Part shown: piece after piece, positions 36,531 through 44,368 of the stretch
Numbering within the stretch: position 1 is the stretch's first letter
Layout: every line of letters begins with the position of its first letter
Assembly (NCBI GenBank): GCA_020851325.1
Contig: JADZCY010000116.1
Coordinates: 1,780 to 65,779 of the forward strand
Origin: Acidobacteriota bacterium
Lineage (GTDB): Bacteria > Acidobacteriota > Vicinamibacteria > Vicinamibacterales > UBA2999
Direction: 5' to 3'
Length of the DNA: 64,000 nucleotides
The notes under the pieces: generated by a model
Told to the model about the DNA's origin: nothing
The model's database searches: none
Seen by the model: only the letters and a program-made list of their open reading frames with translations
Translations under genes and position numbers: made by a program

Positions 36531-36545
36531 CTGCAAGCCCTTCAA
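36531..36545. repeat. dispersed 15-mer CTGCAAGCCCTTCAA (reverse complement of TTGAAGGGCTTGCAG)
   Basis: Exact reverse-complement match to 44332-44346. A 12-nt core also occurs at 55726-55737. Confidence 0.7.
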
Positions 36546-36558
36546 GCCGTCCAAGCCG

Positions 36559-38067
36559 TCACTGAAGTGCCAGAATCTTCACGCTTGCCACGTCGCCAAC
36601 GTGACGCAGACCCGGCGGCAGTGAGCGGCCGGCCTGGATCTCGCCGAGATCGCGCAGCACGTAGGGCGCCGTCGCCGTGAGCACCAGGTGCGTCACGCCG
36701 TGCGCGCGGCTGTCTGCCAGGAACGCGTCGAACGATGAGGTGCGCAGCGGCGGGTGGACCTTGTCGTAGCCGTACATGTCGATGTTTGCCCATCCACCGG
36801 TGTTCCGTGGACGGTAGTCCCAACTGCGCCGCGACCGCTCCGACACGAAATAGAAATCGAAGCTGTCGGTGAATACCTGCGCCGCATGCACGACGCCGTC
36901 GGCACGGAGTGTGGCTTCCACCGCCGCCCACAGACCACGGACGTCCCGGTTCGCTTCGACGAACGCGCGATTCTGAGGAATCCACGACATCGCCGGCAAG
37001 GCGACCAACACGATCGTGAGCGCGATGGCGACGGGCCGGCGCCGTGTCCACGCCAGCGCCTCGATGGACTGCAGTGCGTGCAGGATCAGCGCGATCGACG
37101 CCGCGGCGAGCGGCAGTACGACCAGCGGGCCGCGCGGGCTGCCACCGGTGGCCTGCAGCGGCAGATAGACGAGCGCGGTGACGAACAGATAGGTGGCGAG
37201 CGTGCGCAAAGGTCCGCGTGCAACGGCAATCGCCATCGCACCCGGCAGCAGCAGCGACAGCGAGGGGATCAGTTGCGCCTTGTAGGCGGCCCAATACGCC
37301 GTCGGATTCAGCCGCACGACATCGACGGCGCTTTCGGGGTAGTTCCGTTCGAGGTGGAACCAGTCCACCGCGTTGAACATCTTGTAGACGTTGAAGGCCT
37401 GCGCCGTCTGGAACGGCGGCACGCCAGCCCACACATTGATGCCCACCTGCACGAAGCCGCATGCGCCGACGGCGATGGCGGCCGCCGACCACACGCGCCA
37501 ACGCCGTGGCCGGCAGCACAAGGCCGCCAGCACCGCGCCGGCGGCCAACAGAAATCCGTGGTGCCGCGTCAGGCCGGAGAGCCCGAGTAATACGCCCGCA
37601 AGAACGGCAAGCCCGAGACGGTCGCGATCGAGCGCCGCCCACAGCAGCAGCACACCACACACGCCGAGCAGCATCGCCGGCATGTCCGGCCCGGCCGTCA
37701 GCGCGTGCTGGAAGAACATCGGGTGCAGCGCCAGTAGCAGCGTCGCGACAAGGGCCGGCCATGGCGAATCCACGCGTGCTCGCAGCCACGCGAACAACAC
37801 CGTCAACATCACCGCGCCGGAAAGCACTGACACGACGAAAGTGGTGACCAGGATGTCCGGCGTCAGCAGCACCCGGACGAGCAGCGGGTAACCGATCGGA
37901 TAGAAGCCGTTGTGCAGCGTCCGCGGATCCGCGAGGGACAGATGCTCGCCGAGATAGAACAGCCCCCAGAAGTCGTTCAGCAGCGTGTAGAACGCCATCT
38001 CGCGCCCGGCCATCATGGCGACGACGACGAAGACCACGGCAACGAATACACCCGGCAACGTTCTCAC
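36559..38067 (-). CDS. polytopic membrane protein, GT-C fold glycosyltransferase-like (ArnT/PMT-type) with C-terminal periplasmic domain
   Basis: 502 aa. About 11 hydrophobic helices followed by an about 130-aa soluble tail. The call rests on architecture only, with no catalytic motif verified. Confidence 0.5.
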   Translation of the reverse strand: MRTLPGVFVAVVFVVVAMMAGREMAFYTLLNDFWGLFYLGEHLSLADPRTLHNGFYPIGYPLLVRVLLTPDILVTTFVVSVLSGAVMLTVLFAWLRARVDSPWPALVATLLLALHPMFFQHALTAGPDMPAMLLGVCGVLLLWAALDRDRLGLAVLAGVLLGLSGLTRHHGFLLAAGAVLAALCCRPRRWRVWSAAAIAVGACGFVQVGINVWAGVPPFQTAQAFNVYKMFNAVDWFHLERNYPESAVDVVRLNPTAYWAAYKAQLIPSLSLLLPGAMAIAVARGPLRTLATYLFVTALVYLPLQATGGSPRGPLVVLPLAAASIALILHALQSIEALAWTRRRPVAIALTIVLVALPAMSWIPQNRAFVEANRDVRGLWAAVEATLRADGVVHAAQVFTDSFDFYFVSERSRRSWDYRPRNTGGWANIDMYGYDKVHPPLRTSSFDAFLADSRAHGVTHLVLTATAPYVLRDLGEIQAGRSLPPGLRHVGDVASVKILALQ

Positions 38068-38268
38068 TCGCCCTTACCCATCAAGCCGCCTTCGCACGAT
38101 TTCGCGCCGCGCGCTTCGGCGTGATTGCACCTTTCACAACACTCGGGCTCGACGGGCACTGAGGGCGAGCACTCCCGAGCGATCGACTGTCCCCAAAAGG
38201 AAGGCTGTCCCGATCACGCTCCGGTCCCGGCCCGTCTTTCGCCTGCCGCCTCCCGCCTCCCGACACGA

Positions 38269-40422
38269 TCACTTCTGCGGCAGCTCGAACACGTAAAGCG
38301 TGTGTCCGCTGGCCGGCGGCTGGATCTCCGGCGCGATGGTCTGCGGCACAACACGCGGGCTGCCGCCGCCGACGCCCGTGGTGACGGCGACGTACTGCTT
38401 GCCATTGGCGGTGAACGACACGGGATAGCCCTGCACGGCGGTGTTGAGGCGTGTCTGCCACAGCACCTCGCCGGTGCGCACATCCAGAGCGCGGAAGTAG
38501 CGCGACAGATCGCCGATGAACACGAGCCCGCCGCCCGTGGTGAGCGCCGCGGTCAGGTACGGCGCGCGCTGATCGCGCGTCCACACCTGCCGCATCGTGT
38601 TGACGTCATACGCCGCCAGCTTGCCGATGTTGCCGTCACTCCCCGGCATCTCGAAGAATCGTCGTCCGGCCGCCGTGCCGCCGGAGCCCGGCGTCAGCTC
38701 CACCTTGCGCGCCGCAATCTCCATGCACGACTGCGACAGCGGGATGATCAACAGGCCGGCGCCGGGGTGATAGCTCATCGCCTGCCAGTTGTGTCCGCCC
38801 TCGGTGCTCGGGCACGCCGTGATCCACTCGTCCACCTTCTGGTTCTTGATGTCGTCGCGATACTCGGGAACGCCGGTCTCCGGATCGATGCGCGTGAAGA
38901 CGTTCTGGAAGATCGTTTCGCGATGGCCCATGAAGCGGCCGGTGCGGCGATCGAGTTTCCACAGCACGCCGGCCTTGCCGATGCTGAAGACCACCTTGTC
39001 TGGACCGAGATCGACGAGCACGCGCTCGAACACTTCGTCATGATCGAGCGTCTCGGCCGGGATGTGCTGGTGGTGCCACGCCAGCGTGCCGTCAGCGCCG
39101 CGCAGCGCCACCGTTGACGCGCCGTAGAGCGACGCGTCCTTGATGCTGTTGCCGCGGCTGGCCGGCATCCACGGTTTTGCCTGCGCGATGCCCCAATATG
39201 TGAGATCGAGATCCGGATCGTAACTGCCGACAAGCCACGTCTCGCCACCGGCACGCATCATGTCCGGCAGCGTGCCCCACGTGTCGCCGCCAGGCTCGCC
39301 GGTTCGCGCGATGGTGTGGAACTTCCACACGATGTTCCCGGTCTTCGCGTCGTAGGCGGAGATCATGCACCGCTCGTCGCGATAGCGATCGCAGCCCTGC
39401 AGCCCCTGCACCACCAGGCCCTTGATGACGATGGGGCCGGAGGTGTTGGAGAAGCCCTTTGTGCGATCGGCAATCGGCGTGATCCACACCACCTTGCCGG
39501 TGCGGGCGTCGAGCGCCACCAGGTGCGCGTCGGTGGTGGCGAGAAAGATCTTGTCGTCGTAAATCGCCAGGTTGCGCATGGCGCCGAAGCCGATCGCCTG
39601 GTTTGGCCCGACCTGATTCTCCCAGATCAAGTCGCCGGTCGCGGCATCGAGCGCCTGCACCATGTTCATGGTGTTGGTCAGGTACATGATGCCGTTGTGC
39701 ACGAGCGGCATCGGCTGGTTCGAGCCGCCCTCGTTCATCGACCACGACCACGCCAGCTTCAGGTCCTTGACGTTGGCGCGCGTGATTTCGGTGAGCGGGC
39801 TGTGGCTCCACGCCTGATAGTTGCGGCGCGCCATCAGCCAGTCGCCGGGCGGCGGATTGCGCAGCATCGCGTCGGTGACCGGCACGTAGTTTTTCACTTC
39901 GCCGGTCACGGACAGTCCACGCGCGGGCGGTGGACCTTGCGGACGCGGCGCCTGCGCGGCCGGAGTCGTGGGCGCCGGATTGACGAAGGTGGGCGGTGCG
40001 ACGCCGGTGGCGACCGCGCCAATCGGCGTCGCCGTGGTCAGCGTCATTGGCTGCTCGCCGGAACGCGCGCCGTTGGCGGCAAGGATGTATGCCGTCACGT
40101 TCACGTAGTCGTCTGGCGACAGCGTCCCCATTGCACCCGGCGGCATCGTCTGCTGGATGTACGTGGCCAGATCACCCGCCGTGCGCGCGCGCCACGTGTT
40201 CATGAAGTTGGCGCCGGCGAGTGGCGAGGCTTCGTTGCGGCCCTGGAGGTCGGCGAGATGGCACCCGGCACAGCGGGCTCCGTACACCGCGCGACCGGCG
40301 ATCGCCTGCGCCGCGGTGAATGCCGGCGGTCCTGATGGCGCTGCGGGCGCCGGCGCCTGCCGCGCGCTCAACGAGAGCCCAAGGGCGAGCATCGCCACGC
40401 CCAGAAGAGGCAACCTGGTCAT
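38269..40422 (-). CDS. quinohaemoprotein-type PQQ dehydrogenase with N-terminal monohaem cytochrome c domain
   Basis: Start ATG 40422 ([20 protein letters not shown] signal) lies inside track ORF 38269..40557. CAGCH haem motif near the N-terminus, then PQQ propeller blocks ([22 protein letters not shown]). Confidence 0.85.
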   Translation of the reverse strand: MTRLPLLGVAMLALGLSLSARQAPAPAAPSGPPAFTAAQAIAGRAVYGARCAGCHLADLQGRNEASPLAGANFMNTWRARTAGDLATYIQQTMPPGAMGTLSPDDYVNVTAYILAANGARSGEQPMTLTTATPIGAVATGVAPPTFVNPAPTTPAAQAPRPQGPPPARGLSVTGEVKNYVPVTDAMLRNPPPGDWLMARRNYQAWSHSPLTEITRANVKDLKLAWSWSMNEGGSNQPMPLVHNGIMYLTNTMNMVQALDAATGDLIWENQVGPNQAIGFGAMRNLAIYDDKIFLATTDAHLVALDARTGKVVWITPIADRTKGFSNTSGPIVIKGLVVQGLQGCDRYRDERCMISAYDAKTGNIVWKFHTIARTGEPGGDTWGTLPDMMRAGGETWLVGSYDPDLDLTYWGIAQAKPWMPASRGNSIKDASLYGASTVALRGADGTLAWHHQHIPAETLDHDEVFERVLVDLGPDKVVFSIGKAGVLWKLDRRTGRFMGHRETIFQNVFTRIDPETGVPEYRDDIKNQKVDEWITACPSTEGGHNWQAMSYHPGAGLLIIPLSQSCMEIAARKVELTPGSGGTAAGRRFFEMPGSDGNIGKLAAYDVNTMRQVWTRDQRAPYLTAALTTGGGLVFIGDLSRYFRALDVRTGEVLWQTRLNTAVQGYPVSFTANGKQYVAVTTGVGGGSPRVVPQTIAPEIQPPASGHTLYVFELPQK

Positions 40423-40476
40423 CCGATCTCTCGCCTGCCCTGAGCGAAGTCGTTCCTCGACGCTGCTCGGAACGCC

Positions 40477-40497
40477 CCTGAGCCTGTCGAAGGGTCG
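40477..40497. repeat. dispersed short repeat CCTGAGCnnGTCGAAGGGTCG (copy 2)
   Basis: See 36481-36502. A partial third copy, ccctgagcgaagtcg, lies at 40438-40452. Confidence 0.6.
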
Positions 40498-40517
40498 AAC
40501 GGCCTCCCGACCACGCC

Positions 40518-40973
40518 TCACCTCCCGCCTCCCGATCTGGTCTCCTGCAACAGCCATCCCCAGAGGTTGCCGTCCGGCGCCTGTTCACTGTGGAGTTGCA
40601 CGTAGAGCCGGCCTTTGTCGAGGTCATCCACCTGCGCGGCGGTGAGTTCAACGGAGCCGGTGAGATCCCCGCTGGTCGCGGCGGTCGCGGTGAGATCCGC
40701 GATGGGCGCGCCACGCAGTCCTCGATTCGGCCCGCGGTGCAGACGCGCCACGGTCGCGGCGCTGCGCAGGCCGGTGAACGTGCCGGTGATGACCAGCGTC
40801 CGTCCGTTCAGCGTTGCCCTGGCCGTCCCACTCCCCGCCACCGTCGCCGCCATCGTCAAGTCGATAGGGACGGTGGAGAGACGGGCGCGATAGACGCGGC
40901 CGGCGGCGCCCTGCGCGCGGAGGACTGTGGGGAGCAACAGCGACGCGCCGGCCAGGAAAGCTCGTCGGTGCAT
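40518..40973 (-). CDS. secreted CHRD-domain-like protein
   Basis: 151 aa with signal [37 protein letters not shown] and [19 protein letters not shown] resemble the CHRD pattern. About 95 nt upstream of the PQQ-cytochrome gene on the same strand. Confidence 0.5.
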   Translation of the reverse strand: MHRRAFLAGASLLLPTVLRAQGAAGRVYRARLSTVPIDLTMAATVAGSGTARATLNGRTLVITGTFTGLRSAATVARLHRGPNRGLRGAPIADLTATAATSGDLTGSVELTAAQVDDLDKGRLYVQLHSEQAPDGNLWGWLLQETRSGGGR

Positions 40974-40985
40974 GGAGGGATTTTA

Positions 40986-41122
40986 CACGGGGGTGCTCCA
41001 CGAGGGTGCTCCACGAGGGTGCTCCACGGAGGTGCTCCACGGGGGTGCTCCACGGGGGTGCTCCACGAAGGTGCGGCACGAAGGTACGGCACGAAGGTGC
41101 GGCACGAAGGTGCGGCACGAAG
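40986..41122. repeat. 13-bp tandem repeat x10 (plus a 7-nt partial unit): 6x GTGCTCCACGnnG then 4x GTrCGGCACGAAG
   Basis: Units start at 40993, 41006, 41019, 41032, 41045, 41058, 41071, 41084, 41097 and 41110. The array ends 20 nt upstream of the CHRD start codon (40973, minus strand) and begins 39 nt after the stop of ORF 41161..41391. Confidence 0.95.
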
Positions 41123-41160
41123 GTGCCCAGTCCCGGCCCCGCTGCGACGAAGTCCCGGCG

Positions 41161-41391
41161 CTACCGGCCGCGCCGTTCGAGTTCAAACGCGGTCAGGTAG
41201 CAGGCGTGCCCGGACCACAGGTTGAACCTCACCTCGTCATTGGTGCCGTCCTTGATCGCCATGCCCGGATGCGTCGCCGGGTCGAGCGTCAGTTCGTAGT
41301 CGCCGACGGGAAGTTCGTCGAAGGAGAATTCGACAGACGTCGTCGTTCTCACCTGGGATCGAACGGTCCGGACCGCACGTGGGCGCATCAC
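41161..41391 (-). CDS. small hypothetical protein (possible remnant of a carboxypeptidase-regulatory-like beta-sandwich)
   Basis: 76-aa ORF, 25 nt downstream of the DoxX gene on the same strand. The VEFSFDELPVGDYELTLD pattern is the only hint; coding status is uncertain. Confidence 0.3.
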   Translation of the reverse strand: MMRPRAVRTVRSQVRTTTSVEFSFDELPVGDYELTLDPATHPGMAIKDGTNDEVRFNLWSGHACYLTAFELERRGR

Positions 41392-41416
41392 TCGTTCTCC
41401 GGGTCGTGGGCGGCGA

Positions 41417-41848
41417 TTACTTGCGCAGGCTGAGCGGCAGCGCCACGGCGCCGACGGCGAGGGCCAGCAGGCCGCCGAACACGGGCAGCCCGAAGGCGTT
41501 GGTCATGAAGCTGTACTTGAACAACGCGCCGCTGGCGACGTGGAAGTTCAGCACCATCAGCAGCGCCACGGCCGCCGCCGGCCGGGCGAAGACACCGAGG
41601 ATCAGTGCCAGCCCCGTCGCCAGTTCACCGAGCGGCACTAGCCGGGCGAACACCTCGACGCCCGGCAGACACACGGTTTCGATGTAGACGCGCGACACCG
41701 GGTGCGCGTCCTTCAGCCAGGTGTTGAGGCTGGAGATCAGGACGCCGCTGCTGGCAAACCATCCGAGCTTGCCGAGCCCCTCGAAGAGAAAGAAGACGCC
41801 GAGCGCGATGCGAAGAAGCGCCAGGCCCAGCGCCTGCGGCCTGCCCAC
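41417..41848 (-). CDS. DoxX family membrane protein
   Basis: 143 aa, four TM helices, LLRIALGVFFLFEGLGKL N-terminal DoxX block. Confidence 0.8.
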   Translation of the reverse strand: MGRPQALGLALLRIALGVFFLFEGLGKLGWFASSGVLISSLNTWLKDAHPVSRVYIETVCLPGVEVFARLVPLGELATGLALILGVFARPAAAVALLMVLNFHVASGALFKYSFMTNAFGLPVFGGLLALAVGAVALPLSLRK

Positions 41849-41849
41849 G

Positions 41850-43115
41850 CTACTTCTGCCCCGCCTGAATCTCGCGGGCGACCTTCTGCACTTCGTCCAT
41901 CACGCGGAGGAGGTTGCCGCTCCAGATCTTGCCGATCTGCTCTTCGGTGTAGCCGCGGCGGACCAGTTCGAGCGTGACGTTGAACGTCTCCTCGGCGCCG
42001 TTCCAGCCCTCGACACCGCCGCCGCCGTCGAAGTCCGACGAGATGCCGACGTGATCGATGCCGACCTTCTTCACCAGGTAATCGATGTGATCGACGAACT
42101 CGCTCACCGTCGCCATCGGCGCCGGCGGGAACTGCTCGTCGAGTGCGGCCATGCGCTTGCGGAACTCGTTGCGCGTGGCGTCGGCCTGGGTCTGCGGTCC
42201 GCCCTGCAGGCCCATGTCGAGCCGCAGCTTGGCAATCGCCGCCGCGCGCTCGGGTGAGTCTGGCGGCTTGATCTTCACGTAGCCGTCGAAGGCCACCGTC
42301 TGGATGACGCCGCCGTTGGCCTTGAGCGCCTCCAACTGCTCATCGTCCATGTTGCGGCTGTGGTCGGCAATGGCCCGGGCCGAGGAGTGCGAGGCAATCA
42401 CCGGCGCCTTCGACATCTTGATCGCCTGGAGGTTGGACTGCTTCGACGGGTGCGAGACGTCGACCATCATGCCGAGCCGGTTCATCTCGACGATGACCTG
42501 GCGGCCCAGCTCGTTGAGGCCGTTGTGCATCCACTGGCTGTCGCGCTCGCCGGTGTTGGAGTCGGCGAACTGGCTGTGGCCGTTGTGCGCCAGCGACATG
42601 TAGCGGCCGCCGCGGTCGTAGAACTCCTTCACCCGCGACAGGTCGGTGCCGAGCGGATAAGCGTTCTCGACGCCGATGAGCGCGACCTTCTTGCCGGCGG
42701 CGTTGATGCGCCGGACGTCGGCGGCGGTGAGCGCGAGTTCGATCTGCTCCGGCGCAATCTGCTCCGTCAGCCGGTGGATGGCCTCGAACTTCTCGATCGC
42801 CTGCGTGTAGGCGCGGTCGTAGCCCTCGGGTGTCAGCGACCCCTGCCCCACATAGACGATGAGGAACGCGGCGTCGAGGCCGCCCTCCTTCATCTTCGGC
42901 AGGTTGACCTGCGACTCGAGGCGCTGCGTGTAGTTGCGCTCGGCGGTGAAGTCGCGCGGGTTGATGTCGACGTGCGTGTCGAGCGTGATGACGCGGTCGT
43001 GAATGGCCCGGGCCCGGTCCTCCAGTGAAGGTTCCGGCGGCGCCTGGGCGCAGAAGGCGGTAAGGGTGGCCAGCGCAGTCAGTGGCAGCAGGAGCAGTCG
43101 TCGCATGCGCCTCAT
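41850..43115 (-). CDS. membrane dipeptidase (peptidase family M19), secreted
   Basis: Start ATG 43115 (GGAG 5 nt upstream; MRRMRRLLLLPLTALATL signal) lies inside track ORF 41850..44198. ITLDTHVDI, LAHNGHSQFADS, MVDVSHPS and ASHSSARA blocks. Confidence 0.9.
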   Translation of the reverse strand: MRRMRRLLLLPLTALATLTAFCAQAPPEPSLEDRARAIHDRVITLDTHVDINPRDFTAERNYTQRLESQVNLPKMKEGGLDAAFLIVYVGQGSLTPEGYDRAYTQAIEKFEAIHRLTEQIAPEQIELALTAADVRRINAAGKKVALIGVENAYPLGTDLSRVKEFYDRGGRYMSLAHNGHSQFADSNTGERDSQWMHNGLNELGRQVIVEMNRLGMMVDVSHPSKQSNLQAIKMSKAPVIASHSSARAIADHSRNMDDEQLEALKANGGVIQTVAFDGYVKIKPPDSPERAAAIAKLRLDMGLQGGPQTQADATRNEFRKRMAALDEQFPPAPMATVSEFVDHIDYLVKKVGIDHVGISSDFDGGGGVEGWNGAEETFNVTLELVRRGYTEEQIGKIWSGNLLRVMDEVQKVAREIQAGQK

Positions 43116-43162
43116 CCTACTCCGACGCCCGGCTCGTCGGTTGGCGCGTCGCGCCCGCCGTA

Positions 43163-43191
43163 CAAAAAAAGGGCCGCGACGTTCGCGGCCC
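43163..43191 (-). terminator. intrinsic terminator downstream of lpxC
   Basis: On the minus strand: GGGCCGCGA-ACG-TCGCGGCCC (9-bp GC stem, 43171-43191) followed by TTTTTTT (43164-43170), 44 nt after the lpxC stop. Confidence 0.8.
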
Positions 43192-43234
43192 GAGCGTTGG
43201 AGGTACGACGAGGGGAGATGGTGAGCCCGAGGGT

Positions 43235-44122
43235 TCAGTGCGCGGTCGCCGGCACGCCCACCACCGCCGCATCGGGCGTGGCGTCGGGCGCGTGGACCAG
43301 GCACCAGGCCTCGCGATCCTGGAGGATCGCCCGGCCCAGTTCCGTGTGCAGGCCGTGGCCGGCGCGGTGCGCCACCACGTGGCCGATCACGGGATAGCCG
43401 ACGAGCGCCAGGTCGCCGACCACATCGAGAATCTTGTGGCGGACGAACTCGTCCTCGAACCGCAGCGCGTTCAGCGCCCCGGTGTCGCCGATGACGATGG
43501 CGTTCTCGAGCGAGCCGCCCAGGGCCAGGCCCTGCTGGCGCATCCACTCCACTTCCTTGAGGAAGCCGAAGGTGCGCGCCGAGGCGATGTGCTCGCTGAA
43601 GCTCTGCTCGGTAATCCGCTCGGTGCGCGTCTGGTGCCGCAGCAGCGGATGATCGAAGCTGATGGTGTAGCTGACCTTGAAGTGGTCCGACGGATAGACG
43701 GCGATGCGCTTGTCGCCCGAGGCGATCTGCAGCGGCTTCAGCACCTTCAGATACTGGCGCGGCGCGCTCAGGCGCTTGATCCCGGCCTCCTGGAGGAGGA
43801 ACAGGAACGGCGCGCTGCTGCCGTCCATGATCGGCACTTCGCGCTGGCTCAGTTCGATCACCACGTTGTCGATGCCAGTGGCGACCAGCGCCGCCAGCAG
43901 GTGCTCGACCGTTTCGACGGTCGCGCCATCGCGGCCGAGGACGGTGGCATACTGCACGGCCGAGACCTGATCGACGGTGGCGGGAATCTCGACGCCCAGG
44001 TCGGTCCGGCGGAAACGGATGCCGGTGCCGGCCGCGGCGGGCTTCAGGGTGAGCGTCACCTTCTGGCCGGAGTGGAGTCCGATGCCGGCGCAGGAGATTT
44101 GACGCTTGATGGTGTGCTGCAC
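43235..44122 (-). CDS. lpxC: UDP-3-O-acyl-N-acetylglucosamine deacetylase
   Basis: MQHTIKRQISCAGIGLHSGQKVTLTLKPA..., TVEHLLAAL, FVRHKILDVVGDLAL and HRAGH blocks. 295 aa. Confidence 0.95.
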   Translation of the reverse strand: MQHTIKRQISCAGIGLHSGQKVTLTLKPAAAGTGIRFRRTDLGVEIPATVDQVSAVQYATVLGRDGATVETVEHLLAALVATGIDNVVIELSQREVPIMDGSSAPFLFLLQEAGIKRLSAPRQYLKVLKPLQIASGDKRIAVYPSDHFKVSYTISFDHPLLRHQTRTERITEQSFSEHIASARTFGFLKEVEWMRQQGLALGGSLENAIVIGDTGALNALRFEDEFVRHKILDVVGDLALVGYPVIGHVVAHRAGHGLHTELGRAILQDREAWCLVHAPDATPDAAVVGVPATAH

Positions 44123-44331
44123 GTGGATGCGCCTCTACAGTTGCTTCGCTGTCGGTCCGAAGAGAAGCAAACGTGATGCCCGCGCACGACGCCACCAAAA
44201 CTTTCCGATAACCCTTTTCATATCAGCCACTTGAACCCTGTCGAGCATGGCTGGGAGGCGAGCAACTGTGTAAAGCCAGACACAGGAAAACAGGGGTGGG
44301 GTGTGTCAGGGCTGACACAGTCGCGGACGGA

Positions 44332-44346
44332 TTGAAGGGCTTGCAG
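44332..44346. repeat. dispersed 15-mer TTGAAGGGCTTGCAG
   Basis: Exact inverted match at 36531-36545 and a 12-nt match at 55726-55737. All copies lie just outside gene ends. Confidence 0.7.
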
Positions 44347-44368
44347 GGCTTGGGGCTTGTCCTAAGAC

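Noticed and set aside
38248-38262. The 15-mer CCTCCCGCCTCCCGA (minus strand TCGGGAGGCGGGAGG) occurs at 38248-38262, just past the PQQ-cytochrome stop, and again at 40521-40535, inside the last codons of the CHRD gene. Considered as a possible G-quadruplex or 3'-end signal.
   Set aside because: There are only two copies, one coding and one not. The G-runs are too short and irregular to claim a G4 by eye. This would need genome-wide statistics.
40986-41122. Tandem arrays at 40986-41122 and 62409-62606 considered as CRISPR arrays.
   Set aside because: The units are contiguous with no unique spacers. The unit lengths (13 and 18 bp) are too short, and no cas genes are in the window.
41161-41391. 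Small ORF between DoxX and the tandem array considered as a pseudogene fragment or regulator of the array.
   Set aside because: There is no recognisable domain or motif beyond a weak beta-sandwich-like pattern. It is kept as a low-confidence CDS only.
43116-44198. N-terminal 361-aa extension of track ORF 41850..44198, which would give a 782-aa 'dipeptidase'.
   Set aside because: The extension overlaps lpxC in another frame and is RG-rich. An ATG at 43115 with GGAG upstream and a clean signal peptide starts the real M19 domain. The same logic was applied to trim ORFs 33150..34946, 38269..40557, 49912..50970, 54169..55779, 55831..57468 and 56754..58124.
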